DNA of 64,000 bases, from positions 5,394,001 to 5,458,000 of the forward strand of contig JBHGNT010000011.1 of the NCBI GenBank assembly GCA_043228905.1, written 5' to 3'. This document shows positions 11,925 through 24,200 of the stretch, piece after piece. Source of the DNA: Azolla caroliniana (lineage: Eukaryota; Plantae; Polypodiophyta). Each line of letters begins with the position of its first letter. Position 1 is the stretch's first letter. Both the position numbers and the translations under genes were made by a program. The notes under the pieces were generated by a model. It saw only the letters and a list, made by a program, of their open reading frames with translations, was not told the origin of the DNA and searched no databases.

Positions 11925-13497
11925 ACATTCTCTATTTCTCGATCTTCCCTTTTGAGTTGGTCTGATACATTAGAAGCGCGCGCTTCCTATCTTAAAGCTT
12001 GCCATTTTGTCTTATATCTATTTGCATTCAAAAGAAATCTCCGCTTGAACCTTCGTAGGAACTACTACGCGATTGGTGTGCTAGGAGACACTCAAGTGGT
12101 GATGTCTGTGTGTGCACTCGTTGGCTCTAGAACCGCCCCACCAACAGTACAAACAACTGAAAGAACGAGAACTAGAACATCACTCTATTTGATAACAGGA
12201 GCCAAAACATGCATCACTCTACTCTATTTGATAACCCAATTGTCACTAATTTCTCATGAAAGTTTTTTTCCTTTTTTAGGGGGGGAGGGGGGCTACTTTT
12301 GGAAATACTTGCCTAATGCTGGGACACATATGTATATGATAATATGATATAGCTATGGCTTCTCTGAGCTTCTTCTTCTACTACTACTTCTTCTGATTCT
12401 GATGAAAGAAAGCTGTCCCTCTGTCCCTGCTTCTCGTCTTTACATCGACGTGACGAAGATATCAAGGTTTAACCCGGGTAAGCCCCTCCCTTCTCTTATT
12501 TTTGTATCATATAGAGAAACCTTTTCATTATTCATTCGTAAGCATATAGCCCTTTGTGAGGGAGGGAGAGTAAATATCGAAAGAAAAACAAAGAAAGGAA
12601 TTTAAAACAAAGTTTAAGATCTCCTTTGTAGGGTTTATAGTGTTTAGGTTTTAAGATTAGAGTTATGGATTGAAACAATTTATGGACCCTCTGTCTTTGT
12701 TGAGGTATATATAGGAAAAAGGGACATATCAAACCGAAAGAAGTTTATGCATTCATCTTTGTATGGGTGTGCTTGTAAGAAAGAACAAGAAGCATTAGGC
12801 TTTCAGTCATGGCCTCATTCTGCATTAATGAACCCTCTTTATATGGGCGTCTATATAGGAAATTTGTTACTAGATAAATCAGAGTTACAATAAGCAAGAC
12901 AAGCTGGAGATATTATCAATTCATGACCTGTCTTCGTGAGGTCTTAGATAGGAAGCAAGACAATGTGGACCTTAAACTGAATCGTATTTGTAGGGGTCTT
13001 GTGTGGGAACCAAGACAACATAGAACATAAACAAGTTATGGATTCCTTACACATTCATATGAATCCTCTTTGTAGGTGTGTGCGTATTGGAAGCAATATA
13101 AGTCAGAACTTATGCAAGTTATGGCTTCATTATTGATTCACAAATCATCATTGTAGACATAAATGAGTATTGTTTTTACCAACAACCTGATGGAGGGTGG
13201 CATACTTCAATCCATTATGTGAAGACTTGTGGTTTTCTCCCGGGTTTCAGCGACTAATAATCAAGAAGATTAATTGGCCATGTTATTGATGTTTTTGAGA
13301 AGACCTTGGTCATAGAATAGGGTCCTTTTACCTGATAAAATAGATACATTTCAATGCCCTAGATGCTTTGTATATTGTATTAGTTTTTAATGTTCATCGT
13401 TCTATCCTAAACTTAGAGTTTCCAGGTAATGCTGAAAAAAGACTCTTAAAAAATAGAAGTATTTTCCTTTTACCTGATAAAATAGATACCTTTCCAT

Positions 13498-16400
13498 TGT
13501 TGGAGGGTGGCAGCTCCAGCCCTGCACTCTCTTTCATATTTATTATCTTTGTACTACATTCTCTCTTTTCTTAGATTCTTCTCTCTCTAGAATCTGCAAC
13601 TCTTTAAATGCCTTCTCTCTCTAGAATTTGCAATGCTTTAAATGCCTTTTCTCTCTTCTACCTTTTCCAAGATATTCCTAGTTTTTTGTACCTGTTTGGT
13701 AGTACAAGAGTCACTTAACTACCAAACAGCCATTTCACCCACATTCCCCAATTTTGTATAAATAGGCTATACCAGCCTCTTTTGTATAAGTTTTTCATTT
13801 TCTTTTTTGCTACTTAAAACAAGCTCTATTCCTTGGCTGTATCTTCTTTTATCCCTCCCTCCCAACCCTATAGAGGAGGCTCTTCTGTTTTCTTTTCCCC
13901 TTATCTGAGCCTCACCTAGCATCTAGGGAGAAGTAGAAAGACCCTGAGTATCTACTTACAACTGCTGTAAATTGTCCAGCTGTAGCTCAAGAGGAGGATA
14001 ACCATGGCCTCACATGCCACCATTGTTTCATCAACCATTCCCCAACTCCCCAAAGAATCCATCCTGGATGGGAACAATTACTTGGATTGGGAGCTACAAA
14101 TAAAGACCTTGCTACAATACCATCGTTTATGGAATGTAGTCAATGGTAGTGACAAGAAACCACCAGTAACTTCATCCTCTTCAACCAAATCAGTTGCTGG
14201 CTCATCTAATGCTAAGATTGAAGCTTGGCTAGATAAGGATTCTCGTGCTCATGCTTTCCTCATGTTTAATATTAAACCGAGCATCGCTCGTCAATTTCAA
14301 GATAAAGATGACGAGACAGCCAATGAACTATGGACAGCCATCAAAAGGAGGTATCATCGAGCTAATCATGCTCAAATGATAGCTATTGAAAGCCAACTAG
14401 CAAATCTCAAGATTCATGACACTCCCAACATCATGGATCAAATAACGGAATTTGTCACTCTCCAAAAGGAACTAGTTTCTTTGGGAAGCAAGTCCACTGA
14501 AGTTGAGTTTGTGCATCGTCTAATGATAAAGTTGCCTGAGTCATTCTCAGCCTTTTGTGACACCATTTCTCTTCTTCCCAACACACCTGACATGAATACA
14601 TTTCTTGGTATGCTACAAGATAGGGCAACAAGGAAGAAAAGTGCTCAAACTTCCAATGAGACGCTTCTACATGCGACAAGTAAAGGCAAGTGGAAGCAAA
14701 ATGGTAACTCCTACAACAAACCCAATCCAAGACCGCCAAACAACCCAGCTTACAAGGAGCTCACTTGTCATTATTGTGGCTACAAAGGTCACATTCAGCC
14801 AGATTGTCGGAAAAAGCAAAGGGACAATGCTAAGAACTCTTCTTCTACCAGAAATCAACCTACACCGAAATCCAACTCGGCCCACTCAGCCAAAGAAACA
14901 GTTTTCCTTGGCATTGAGGAACATACTTCACATTTGGCTGGACCAACTACTTCAACCATCGATGAGTGGTTAGTAGATAGTGGTGCCACTTCACACATGA
15001 CCTATGACAAATCCATTTTGCATGATGTGAAGCCTAGCTCTTCCCAAATCTCTATAGGAGATGCCTCAAGCATTGAGGCTTCATGTGTGGGTAATGTGGT
15101 TCTTGACAATTCTTCAAGTGAAGAACCTGTCGTTCTTCAAGATGTGCTACATGTGCCTCGCATCTCTACCAACCTACTTTCGGTTTACAAAATCACCAAG
15201 CAAGGTTATGGAGTCTACTTTGATAGCTCAGTTTTGGAAGTGATTGACACCAACAGCCTACAAATTGTAGCTAGTGGCACACAAGAAGGGGGTTTATATC
15301 GCCTAAAAAGCTCCCATAGCCCCTTGGAAAACTCCAAATCTCATCTTCTTCATCTTCTTCAAGGCTCTCATGCCTTGGTGGCACAAGAAGATCCCACGTT
15401 GTGGCATGCTAGGTTTGGTCATCTCAACTATGATTCTCTTCAAAAGCTCTCCTCCTCCCAACTAGTTGAGGGTCTTCCTATTTTCAAATCTCCCAATACC
15501 CCATGTGTTGCTTGTCTTCATGGCAAGCAACATCGAGACCCTTTCCCTCATGAAGCCACTCACCGAGCAACATCTATCTTGGAGTTAGTGCACATGGATC
15601 TTTGTGGTCCCATGAAAACCACTACTCTTGGTGGTGCACGCTACTTCATGCTTATAATTGATGACTTCTCCCGCAAGGTTTGGGTTTATTTTCTTGTAGA
15701 AAAATCCCAAGCCTTCGCAAAATTTCAAGAATGGGTAGCTCTCGTGGAGAACGAGACATCGAAGAAAGTTCGAAAGATCAGGTCGGACAATGGTGGAGAG
15801 TTTATCTCCAAAGCTTTCCACCATTTCTGCTCTCAACGAGGCATTGCTCGCCAATTTTCTACACCCAATACTCCTCAACAAAATGGAGTCGTGGAAAGGA
15901 AGAACCGAACAGTCCAAGAGATGGCTCGTACGATGCTATCTCAATGTGATCTTCCTCTCTCGTTTTGGGGTGAAGCTGTCAACATAGCAGTCTACATCAT
16001 CAACTGCTGCCCAACAAAAGCCGTTGCTAGAATGACGCCTGAAGAAGCATTTACAGGTGTAAAGCCCTCAGTATCTCATTTTAAAGTCTTTGGTTGTGAT
16101 GCTTATGTTCACATTTCAGATCATAAAAGGACGAAATTTGAGTCCAAAACCAAGAAATGCAAATTTCTTGGTTATAGCACACAATCTAAAGCATACAGGT
16201 TATGGGATTTAGAGTCAAAGTCCCTAGTCATATCTAGGGATGTTCATTTTGTGGAGTCTCAGCCGGATGACTCTAGGATTTTACCTGAGTTCATGGTTGA
16301 AATCCAAGCTCCTCCGGAATCTCCTATTTTAGACGAAGATGTCTCATCTTCAACCCCCCCATCTCCTCCTACTCAATCTCTAACTTCGCCAACAATTCAA

Positions 16401-18601
16401 ACCTCTCCCTCAACTCCACTTGTTTCCACTCCCTCTACAAACCAGCTTCCACCACTTCCCAAGTGGCTTCAAGCCACCATTCGTGATTCTCATGTCTCCG
16501 ATGCTGAACTTCATGAGTATACATCTGGTTCTCGAACACGTAAGTCACAACGGCCTCTTCACTCATGCAACTTTGCCTTATTGTGCACTGTTGTGCAATC
16601 AAAAGAACCCACAACAACAAAAGAGGCCCTTGTTCTTCCAAAGTGGAAAGCTGCAATGGAAGTTGAACTTGATTCCATTGAGCGGAATCATACATGGGAG
16701 CTGGTCCCACGACCTCCACATCGACAAGTCATTGGATTGAAATGGATTTTCAAGACCAAATACCATGCTGATGGTACTTTGGATAAGCACAAGGCACGTT
16801 TAGTGGCAAAAGGCTACTCACAAGTTGAAGGAGTGGATTATGAGGAAACTTTTGCTCCAACAGCAAGGTACACATCTATCCGATGTGCGCTTGCACTTGC
16901 TGCTCACAACAAATGGGCCATTTTTCAAATGGATGTCAAGTCAGCCTTCCTTAACGGTGACTTGAAAGAGGAGGTTTATGTTGAACAGCCTCCAGGTTTC
17001 GAGATTTTAGAGCAGAAAAACATGGTCTACAAGTTACACAAAGCCTTGTATGGCTTAAAGCAAGCTCCCAAAGCTTGGCATGACAAAATTGATAGCTTCT
17101 TTCTTTCTCTTGGGTTTCAAAACTGTAATGCTGACAGCAATTTCTATGTTTTTTCCCAAGATAATTTGCTTTGCTTGATCATATTATATGTTGATGACCT
17201 TCTAATTACAGGGTCCCTTGCATCTAAAATCGAGGAGGTCCGCGCTGACCTCAAAACAACCTTTGAAATGACTGATCTAGGACTTCTCCATTATTTCATA
17301 GGTATGGAGGTCTATCAATCACATGGTGGTATCTTTCTCAGCCAACATAGGTATCTCAAGCAGCTCCTTGAGACCTATAGCATGACAAATTGCAAGCCAC
17401 TCTCCTGTCCAATGGATCCAAACTCAAAGCTATCTCGTGAAGACGATTCTCCCATATTTGAGGATATCACGAAATATAGGAGATTAATCGGGTCCCTTCT
17501 TCACTTAACTTATACCAGGCCTGATTTGTCCTATAGCGTGAGTATTCTCAGCCAATTCTCAACTGCTCCAAGACAAAGTCATTGGCAAGCAGCTATTCGA
17601 GTTCTTCGGTATTTGGCCAACACACTCGACTATGGTCTATCTTTTAGAGGCGGCATTGAGCTTGTTGGCTACTCAGATGCTGATTGGGCAGGTGATATTG
17701 ATTCTAGAAGGTCCACATCTGGCTATTGTTTTATGTTAGGTTCAGGCTTGATTTCTTGGAAATCGAAGAAGCAAAACTCAGTTTCTACTTCATCGACAGA
17801 AGCTGAATATCGCGCCTACTTGGATACTTGCTGTGAGTTGCTATGGTTGATGCAATTGTTTTCTCACATTGGTGTTTTGCAAGCCTCTCCTATTGCAGTT
17901 TTCACCGACAGCCAAAGTGCACGTGCCTTGGCACATAGCTCAGCATTTCATGGTAGAACAAAACGCGTCGAAGTGCACTACCATTTTGTTCGTGACTTAG
18001 TGAAATCACAAGTCATCAACTTGGCATATTGCCCTACTCAAGAAAATGTGGCTGATTTATTTACTAAGCCACTTCCAAGGCAAGCCATTGATCAGCTCCT
18101 TGATCGACTCAATGTTGGACTGCCGTTCTGGAGCTGAGAGGAGGTGTTGGAGGGTGGCAGCTCCAGCCTTGCACTCTCTTTCATATTTATTATCTTTGTA
18201 CTACATTCTCTCTTTTCTTAGATTCTTCTCTCTCTAGAATCTGCAACTCTTTAAATGCCTTCTCTCTCTAGAATTTGCAATGCTTTAAATGCCTTTTCTC
18301 TCTTCTACCTTTTCCAAGATATTCCTAGTTTTTTGTACCTGTTTGGTAGTACAAGAGTCACTTAACTACCAAACAGCCATTTCACCCACATTCCCCAATT
18401 TTGTATAAATAGGCTATACCAGCCTCTTTTGTATAAGTTTTTCATTTTCTTTTTTGCTACTTAAAACAAGCTCTATTCCTTGGCTGTGTCTCTACTCTTT
18501 GCAACCATTTTTTCTGCTGCTGTCTAACAGCCTTCTCACAGCTTGGCTGTGCCTATTTTGTTTTAAGTCTTCCGCTGCTGCTATTAACAGCTTTTCTCAC
18601 A
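13498..18601 (+). mobile_element. Young Ty1/copia LTR retrotransposon with intact ORF; 5' LTR truncated
   Basis: TSD TCCAT at 13493-13497 and 18602-18606. 3' LTR 18145-18601 (TGTTGG...CTCACA), preceded by PPT GAGAGGAGG. The 5' LTR 13498-13840 matches the first 343 bp of the 3' LTR with one visible mismatch. Confidence 0.96.
14004..18137 (+). CDS. Copia Gag-Pol polyprotein (gag, CCHC knuckle, protease, integrase, RT, RNaseH), 1377 aa
   Basis: Uninterrupted ORF with [103 protein letters not shown]. Confidence 0.97.
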   Translation: MASHATIVSSTIPQLPKESILDGNNYLDWELQIKTLLQYHRLWNVVNGSDKKPPVTSSSSTKSVAGSSNAKIEAWLDKDSRAHAFLMFNIKPSIARQFQDKDDETANELWTAIKRRYHRANHAQMIAIESQLANLKIHDTPNIMDQITEFVTLQKELVSLGSKSTEVEFVHRLMIKLPESFSAFCDTISLLPNTPDMNTFLGMLQDRATRKKSAQTSNETLLHATSKGKWKQNGNSYNKPNPRPPNNPAYKELTCHYCGYKGHIQPDCRKKQRDNAKNSSSTRNQPTPKSNSAHSAKETVFLGIEEHTSHLAGPTTSTIDEWLVDSGATSHMTYDKSILHDVKPSSSQISIGDASSIEASCVGNVVLDNSSSEEPVVLQDVLHVPRISTNLLSVYKITKQGYGVYFDSSVLEVIDTNSLQIVASGTQEGGLYRLKSSHSPLENSKSHLLHLLQGSHALVAQEDPTLWHARFGHLNYDSLQKLSSSQLVEGLPIFKSPNTPCVACLHGKQHRDPFPHEATHRATSILELVHMDLCGPMKTTTLGGARYFMLIIDDFSRKVWVYFLVEKSQAFAKFQEWVALVENETSKKVRKIRSDNGGEFISKAFHHFCSQRGIARQFSTPNTPQQNGVVERKNRTVQEMARTMLSQCDLPLSFWGEAVNIAVYIINCCPTKAVARMTPEEAFTGVKPSVSHFKVFGCDAYVHISDHKRTKFESKTKKCKFLGYSTQSKAYRLWDLESKSLVISRDVHFVESQPDDSRILPEFMVEIQAPPESPILDEDVSSSTPPSPPTQSLTSPTIQTSPSTPLVSTPSTNQLPPLPKWLQATIRDSHVSDAELHEYTSGSRTRKSQRPLHSCNFALLCTVVQSKEPTTTKEALVLPKWKAAMEVELDSIERNHTWELVPRPPHRQVIGLKWIFKTKYHADGTLDKHKARLVAKGYSQVEGVDYEETFAPTARYTSIRCALALAAHNKWAIFQMDVKSAFLNGDLKEEVYVEQPPGFEILEQKNMVYKLHKALYGLKQAPKAWHDKIDSFFLSLGFQNCNADSNFYVFSQDNLLCLIILYVDDLLITGSLASKIEEVRADLKTTFEMTDLGLLHYFIGMEVYQSHGGIFLSQHRYLKQLLETYSMTNCKPLSCPMDPNSKLSREDDSPIFEDITKYRRLIGSLLHLTYTRPDLSYSVSILSQFSTAPRQSHWQAAIRVLRYLANTLDYGLSFRGGIELVGYSDADWAGDIDSRRSTSGYCFMLGSGLISWKSKKQNSVSTSSTEAEYRAYLDTCCELLWLMQLFSHIGVLQASPIAVFTDSQSARALAHSSAFHGRTKRVEVHYHFVRDLVKSQVINLAYCPTQENVADLFTKPLPRQAIDQLLDRLNVGLPFWS

Positions 18602-19884
18602 TCCATGCCCTAAATGCTTTGTATATTCTATTAGTTTTTAGTGTTCATTTTTCTATCCTAAACTTGGATTTTTGACGTATTGCTGGAAAAAGACTTAAAA
18701 ATTAGAAGTATTTGCAAACTAGCTTAGTTTCTTGTCTACAACTGTTGAATAAGTTGGCTTCATATAAAATTCGCGGAACTTCAATTTTGAGGATTTTTGT
18801 GCACATAATATAAGGAGAAACTTATTGCTAAATGTTAATGATTTTTTCAAAGTTAATTGCCAAAAGCTATATTTTTCCATCAGTTTTTCACTTAAAAAAT
18901 CACATTCAGGGAATGGAATCTGAAGAACATTTTGCCACTTTACAATTTTTATGACATAAAAGGGAGATAATATTGCCTCATTAACCAAGGGTTTGGCCCA
19001 CTATGGATGGTAGTGGAATATGATGATCAATGGTGCTTAGGATTTTTCTTGCTAGAACTCGAGAGTCACAAGAAGAGGTGGCTGAAGGACAACAATACAA
19101 CTAAACAAGTTCATCAACAAAGAACATTCACGACATTATTTAGCCTCATCACTCCTTCTCATGCTTCAAATCAATCATGGGCTACACAAGTGGCCTCCTG
19201 ACTAGGAATTGCAAAGGAACCTTTTGTGTGCACATAGGCCTGGACCTTTTCGAACACAATCTCACCACTCCTGCCATCGATAGATAAAGGCCCACAACGG
19301 TTGGTCCTCAATAAAGGCCTGATGATGAATCCATCCTCCGATGTCTTTAAAAAGTGTGTATTATAGCGACCAATCTTCCTACTAAGTGGTGTTTTGGGGC
19401 TGATGCATCTTATCTTGTTTTCCAAGTTAATAAATGAGTGAAAGGAATGCTAACATCTTTTAAGGGAGCTTGTAAGACCAAACAGGAGATCACATCTAAA
19501 AATGTTGCTGCCACCCTCCAATATGGTTAGAACCTACCTGAAATCAATAAAGGGTATAATTGAGTGGGTTAAGATATTTTTTAATTAGTTGGCTCTCCAC
19601 ATTTTGGGTTTAGTCATTAATTTTGGCCTAAACTAGGGTGAGACCCATCGCGACCACGTCACTAAGGTAGATCCAGCATTGGCATAACATATTGTTCCTT
19701 GAAGGACCATTTATTCCTTGAATAGGGCCAAGTAGGAAATAAAGAAGTCGTTCATTAGAATAGACTAGAATAGGAATTTATGCAAAGTGGTTGTTTGGTA
19801 GTCAATTGACCACTGAACAATTGCAATCAAGCTTTAACGAAATAGGGAATAAGATCTTAGTTTATAACAAATGCTGGAGAAAGA

Positions 19885-20590
19885 AATATATATTAGCGTC
19901 TTTAAGAGGCCAAAATGGCCTATAAGACCAAACAAGTGATTACATTGTACATGTTGTCTCATCTTTTAGAACAAGAAATCAAAATAAAAAAATGTTAGTA
20001 GGTAAATAAATAAAAAAGTAAATAAGATAAAAAGAGACTAAAGAATTGTGTTATCGGCATATGTAAATTTCTCAAATCAGATATATTGTAATTTTTGTCT
20101 TTGAAAGATCTCTAGCATAGGTCAATCCAAAGTGGAGAGGTCTCTAAAGTGAGGGAAGCACCTGCAAAGGTGGGAGATAATGGCCTTTATCAGTCAATGA
20201 CAAGGGTGTTGGGATTGTGATCCATGGGGCTGGGGCCTAGGTGCTTGAAAAATTGCTATTGCCCGATCTATTGTAACCCCTTGGTTATGTCCTGGTCGGG
20301 AGCCCATTTGTGTAGCCCTTAATTAACTTGTAGCATTAGTAGGAGTGATGGGGCTAAAGAAAGTTGTGATTATTTTTTGTGGATGAGCTTGTGTGGCTGT
20401 ACTATTGTCCTTCAATAACTTTTCCCTGTTTCTCTCGAGTTCTAGCAAGAAAAGTTCCAAGCACCGTTGGTCCTCATATTCCATTACCTTGCGTAGTGGG
20501 CCAAAGCCTTCTCTAAAGAGGCAATGGTATCTACCTCTTATTTCATAAAAGACACTAAAGTGACATAGTGTTCTTCGGATTCCACTCTTT
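19885..20590 (-). mobile_element. 5'-truncated copy of the RTE/RTEX-like LINE (3' UTR plus ORF end)
   Basis: Colinear with 24459-25170; begins with the family 3' motif TTTAAGAGGCCAAAATGGCCTATAAGACCAAACAAG. Confidence 0.8.
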
Positions 20591-21233
20591 GAGAGAAAAT
20601 TCTAGAGAAATAAAATTTGGGACGGAAGAAGGTGGAGTAGATAAAATATATTTAGAGAAAGTGTGTCTGAATCTGCCACCCTCCAATAGTCTTACAACCT
20701 ATATAAAATCTCCTAAGGTTATCACTGAGTGGGTTAAGATATTTCTTGATAGATTGACACTCCACAAGTCGAGTTTATTCACTGAATTTGGCCTGAACTT
20801 GTTTTAACTTTCATCTCGACCATGTTGCCAAGCTACATCCAGCATTGAGATAACATATTGTGCCCTTGAAGGTCCGTTTATCTGCTTATTAATGAAATGG
20901 AGGTACTGAGATTTTGAGGCTCTAACAGATTGTCAATTTGCCAAATTTAGAGGATTGGCCTTTGTTGGTCACTTTTAGGCATCCTCCAATTCTGACAGCT
21001 AATTTCTCCTCCAACATCAAAACTTTAATTGATCTACTCGAACCAGATGAGATCTTGAGCCATGCTACATTGTGGTTTCCAATGTTTACAACATGCTTCC
21101 TAATGTTGCAAATCTTTATGCAACACATTTATATGGTTTGCCTAACTCACATTCTACATTTTCTCATATCTAGGATTCTTTGTGTTCATATGGTTTCTCT
21201 GTTATTTGGGACTTCTTCTTTAGGTGTAAGGAG

Positions 21234-24200
21234 ATGAAGTCAGTTCTACAGGTTCAGAAATCAAAAAATGATTCAAGCAGAACACATCATGTTCTCGATC
21301 AGAGGCAGAAACTATTAAAGACACTGCAACAGAACTTTGGATATGCAGAATTCAGAGGCAGACAGCTGGAGGCCATTGAAACTGTTTTGTCTGGTGTGAT
21401 CAGCACGCCACATTTCAAATTCTATTTTCAGGATATTTCAGCATGTCACATTTCATGTTTTGACAGACTTTTTGCAGGAAAAGATTGCTTTTGTTTGATG
21501 CCAACTGGTGGGGGGAAATCATTATGCTATCAAATACCTGCTCTAGCAAAGACAGGAATTGCGCTAGTTGTTTCTCCTTTAATAGGTAATCTTAACAATA
21601 ATGCTTTGGTGTATTTCATTTAAATCTGTTTTGATTCCAGCTTATGTATCACTATCTTCTGTTTGTATTTCAATTTGCATGTTCTCTGCCATGATGATTA
21701 TTGTGGACAAAAGCTCTAATGGTATGGTGCTTTATGTATTTCCCTTTCAGTATTCAATAGTTTTAATTAGGTACAAGTAACAAAAATAAAAAATTCCCAT
21801 CAACAGGAAAACCAAGTGGCAGCATTAAAGTGCCGGAATATTTCTGCAGAATTCCTGTCTTCAACACAGCATGCGTCTATTAAGGCTAAGGTGAAGATTT
21901 GCCTTCGCCAAGCTTTTCTACATAAGGAAGTGGCTAACTACGCATTTTATATCAGATATATGAAGATATGGAGTCTGGGAAGCCATTGTTAAAACTGCTA
22001 TATGTGACTCCAGAGCTGATTGCAACAAGTTCTTTTATGGGGAAACTAAGGAGGCTTTATGATAGAGGTCTCTTGAGTTTAATTGCTGTTGATGAGGTAC
22101 TATTCAGGTTAACAACCTTGAAGTTGAATTTCTAGAAAAACCTTATATACATTGAACAGTTTTTTTCATATTGATACAGGCACATTGCATATCTTCATGG
22201 GGTCATGACTTCAGGTGTATTACACTTTCTATAATTGTATCCATACAGAATATAATTGTGATTACATCATTTAATGTTCCAACTTAAATTTTAAAATATT
22301 TTCCTCTCCATTCTATCAGGCGAAGCTATCGCCAACTTGCAAAGCTTAGGGATTTCCTGCCAAATGTCCCAATTCTTGCATTGACAGCCACAGCTGCAAA
22401 GAAGTAAGTTTATACACAATGAACTGAACTGGTTGTGAAATGTTGACACAATGTGGTCAATTATTGATAGCTGTGTGCCATTCGCTGTTTTAGTTCTTGG
22501 GCAAAGAACACTTAGTAAGTTTTGTAGCATGATTGATGAAGCTAAAGAAATTCTATTCATGATATCATATGGTTGTATTGGAATCCTTTTTTCTTTCTTT
22601 CTTGAGTTATAGCAAGAAAGTCCCTAGGCACGGTTGGTCTTCTTATTGTATTACCTTGCATTGTGGGCCAAAGCCTTGTTTGAAGAGGTGATGTTATCTC
22701 CCTGTTATTTCATAGAAAAACAATGCAATGGCAAACATAAGTGTTCCTCAGATTCCATCCTCCAATGACACAATTTGTAGATCAGTTATTCCAAATATTT
22801 GCTTGCTATCTGCCTATCTCAAATTTTAACTGATGTGTAGAGATTCTAAGCCCTCTACACTATGGAGTGGCACGTGAGATAGATGTGTATCCATAGAGAA
22901 GGCTTGATGATAAATCCATCCTATGACTTCTGTAAAATGAGGGTCTTATAGGTGGGCCTTCTCTTACCAGGTCAAAAAGTACAAGATAATGCTTTAGACG
23001 TGAGACAATATTTTGTAGGTGGAAATCTTGTAAGGAATCTATTAAAACCTAAACCCTGAAGCAACCTGAAATCTGTTTTAATAACAGTGATTTCCTAAAT
23101 CCTTATATATTCATTCTGATTGTACTTTATAGGGTTCAAGAAGATATTGTAAAATCGTTAGTTTTGTACCAGCCAACTATTCTCATATCATCTTTCAACC
23201 GACCAAATATATACTACGAAGGTATGTGATGTAACCTTTTTGACATTTCTTCATACAGCTATTCTCTTGCTGAGAAAGTGACTTTATGTTTACTCATTAC
23301 CAAAGGAAATTGGACAATATAAAAAATATTTTGGAAAAACTATGCCTTCTCAATGGTTTGACTGGATGCGGCCACTAAATTTATTTGTAACATGAGAATA
23401 ACAAATGAGATAAGACTTCTGTCTTCTGAAGATTCTCCAACATAGGTTGATCCAATGTGGGGGTGCCTCCAAAGTGAGGAAAGAATCTTCAATGTCAGAG
23501 GATAATGACTATGATTTTGTGGTCTGGTAGAGGTCACATTCCAGGTGGATGTGGATATGGTCTTTGTGCATAAAAAAGGACTTTCATTTGGGTCATAAGG
23601 CTCTTTCCTTCTTACAATGGTGTAGCAGCCAGGGTAAAGAAATATATGAATCCCTTGCTGACGTGAATTTGTGATTATTCTCATGCCTATTAGAAATTAT
23701 ATATAATCTTGATTGGCCATTACTTGGCTTAAGTATACGCTTTGAACCTAGAGTCAGAAGTGTGTGTATGGAGAGAAGAATGGTTGCCATTCAGCTGGAC
23801 AGGCAGGCCTCCAAAAGAGATTCACAAGATCACATATTGATCCTCCAAGTCCTTCCTGACGAGGACAGAACCGATAAAAAGTAAGATTTATCAAGAGGCT
23901 CTCTTATGTGAACATACATCATTCCCATGGGTTGTGCAATGTGAATGTCTTCACATCGGGATTCTTCAGGCACTTTTAATTTTAAGAGGCAAGACAACAT
24001 TTTATCCACATTTATTTTAGTTTGTTGTTCTGAAACAGAAGGCCACATTTTAAGAGGTAATCTCTTGTTTGGTCTTATAGGCTATTTTTGGCCTCTTAAA
24101 AGATGTTAATGTTTCTTTATTTCTTTCTCGTGCTTTGTAATGGAGATCTCACCATTTTCGAGTGACCCATGTTGGAGATTTTTCAAGACAATAAGTTCTA

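Larger units (their letters stand above)
13323..18713 (+). repeat. ~142-bp tandem duplication whose second copy is split by the young copia
   Basis: Copy 1 is 13323-13464 (TCCTTTTACCTGATAAAATAGATAC...AAATAGAAGTATTT). Copy 2 is 13465-13497 plus 18607-18713. Confidence 0.8.
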
